Assembly (NCBI RefSeq): GCF_964213995.1
Contig: NC_135817.1
Span: forward strand, 73,966,001-74,030,000
Length of the DNA: 64,000 bases
Reading direction: 5' to 3'
Source: Mustelus asterias
Lineage: Eukaryota
Shown: positions 63,328 to 64,000 of the stretch, one piece after another
How the letters are laid out: each line of letters opens with the position of its first letter
How positions within the stretch are numbered: position 1 is the stretch's first letter
Translations under genes and position numbers: made by a program
The notes under the pieces: generated by a model
The model's database searches: none
Seen by the model: the letters and a program-made list of their open reading frames with translations, nothing else
Told to the model about the DNA's origin: nothing

Positions 63328-64000
63328 GCAAGTACATTTCTACAACTTGATTAGTTTAAATTTTTAAAACTATAAAAAAGCGCAGTAACCTCCTGCCTGC
63401 GTAGGTAATTGAAACTGAAGCCGGTTTAACTATATTTGACCTAATTAAATGTAATTCAGTGAAGAATTCAGAAAAACAAAGAGGCCATTAGGAATTTTCC
63501 AGCCTTGGTAGAGTCCAAATCCTTCTTGGGTGAGAATTACAATATCTAAAAGCAACATTTAATCTGATCAATCTTCTCATTGACCTCCACTAACTAAGCA
63601 CAGAAAGGCAATTTCAAAACAGATCTGTCAATTCTGGCAATTTAATCTATTATCTTTCCAGTTAATGCCATGTCTCTTGATTATTTATTACACATTTATG
63701 GAGTATATCCTGCTTTTTTTAATCTTCTGGCATCCACATAGCACCCTGTGCTTAAGATAAAGTCAAAGCAAGGCCTCCGCAAATACACTTCAGCCCATCC
63801 AGAATAGTATATTAGTCTTCCTTTCATTAGATCCACATACGGCATTTTCCACATTTTATTTTTTGCCATAAGCTACTATTCAAATCTAATATATAAATAA
63901 ATCCAAAAATATAGTCTTATCTTTGCACTAAACAAAACGTTGTATCTAATCATTGCAATGTGATTTTTAACAGGATGTTATTTCTTTCAGAAGCATTACC

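Noticed and set aside
61558-63354. 598-aa ORF as a complete single-exon FBXO40
   Set aside because: It starts at TTG, homology extends upstream to the acceptor at 61462, and the last 8 residues are intron read-through.
63960-64000. AG acceptors near the window end as the last FBXO40 exon
   Set aside because: The following sequence does not encode the expected WQFS-like peptide in frame.

Overview
This is eukaryotic, intron-rich genomic DNA. It is almost certainly from a shark or other elasmobranch, because it is saturated with HE1-like V-SINEs, SacSINE1-like DeuSINEs and CR1, L2, Rex1, Tx1 and Penelope retroelements. Three protein-coding genes can be reconstructed from homology plus splice sites. 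POPDC2 (+) has 4 exons at 11927-27821 and two alternative C-termini. TAF13 (-) has 4 exons at 33679-45145, 124 aa, with a CpG-island promoter. FBXO40 (+) has an ATG-only mini-exon at 59967 and a large exon at 61462-63327 ending at a non-canonical GC donor, and its last exon lies beyond the window. Most other ORFs in the track are transposon debris or chance ORFs. I see no evidence of a new protein-coding system. The most interesting unexplained structure is in RNA processing and mobile elements: a POPDC2 C-terminal splice switch, one SINE head paired with two different LINE-derived tails, minimal hammerhead-ribozyme motifs in Penelope remnants, a TSD-flanked solo LTR just upstream of the FBXO40 start exon, a twin-priming-like inverted SINE, and candidate muscle/cardiac enhancers. 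Family assignments come from recalled motifs, not database searches, and repeat boundaries are approximate.
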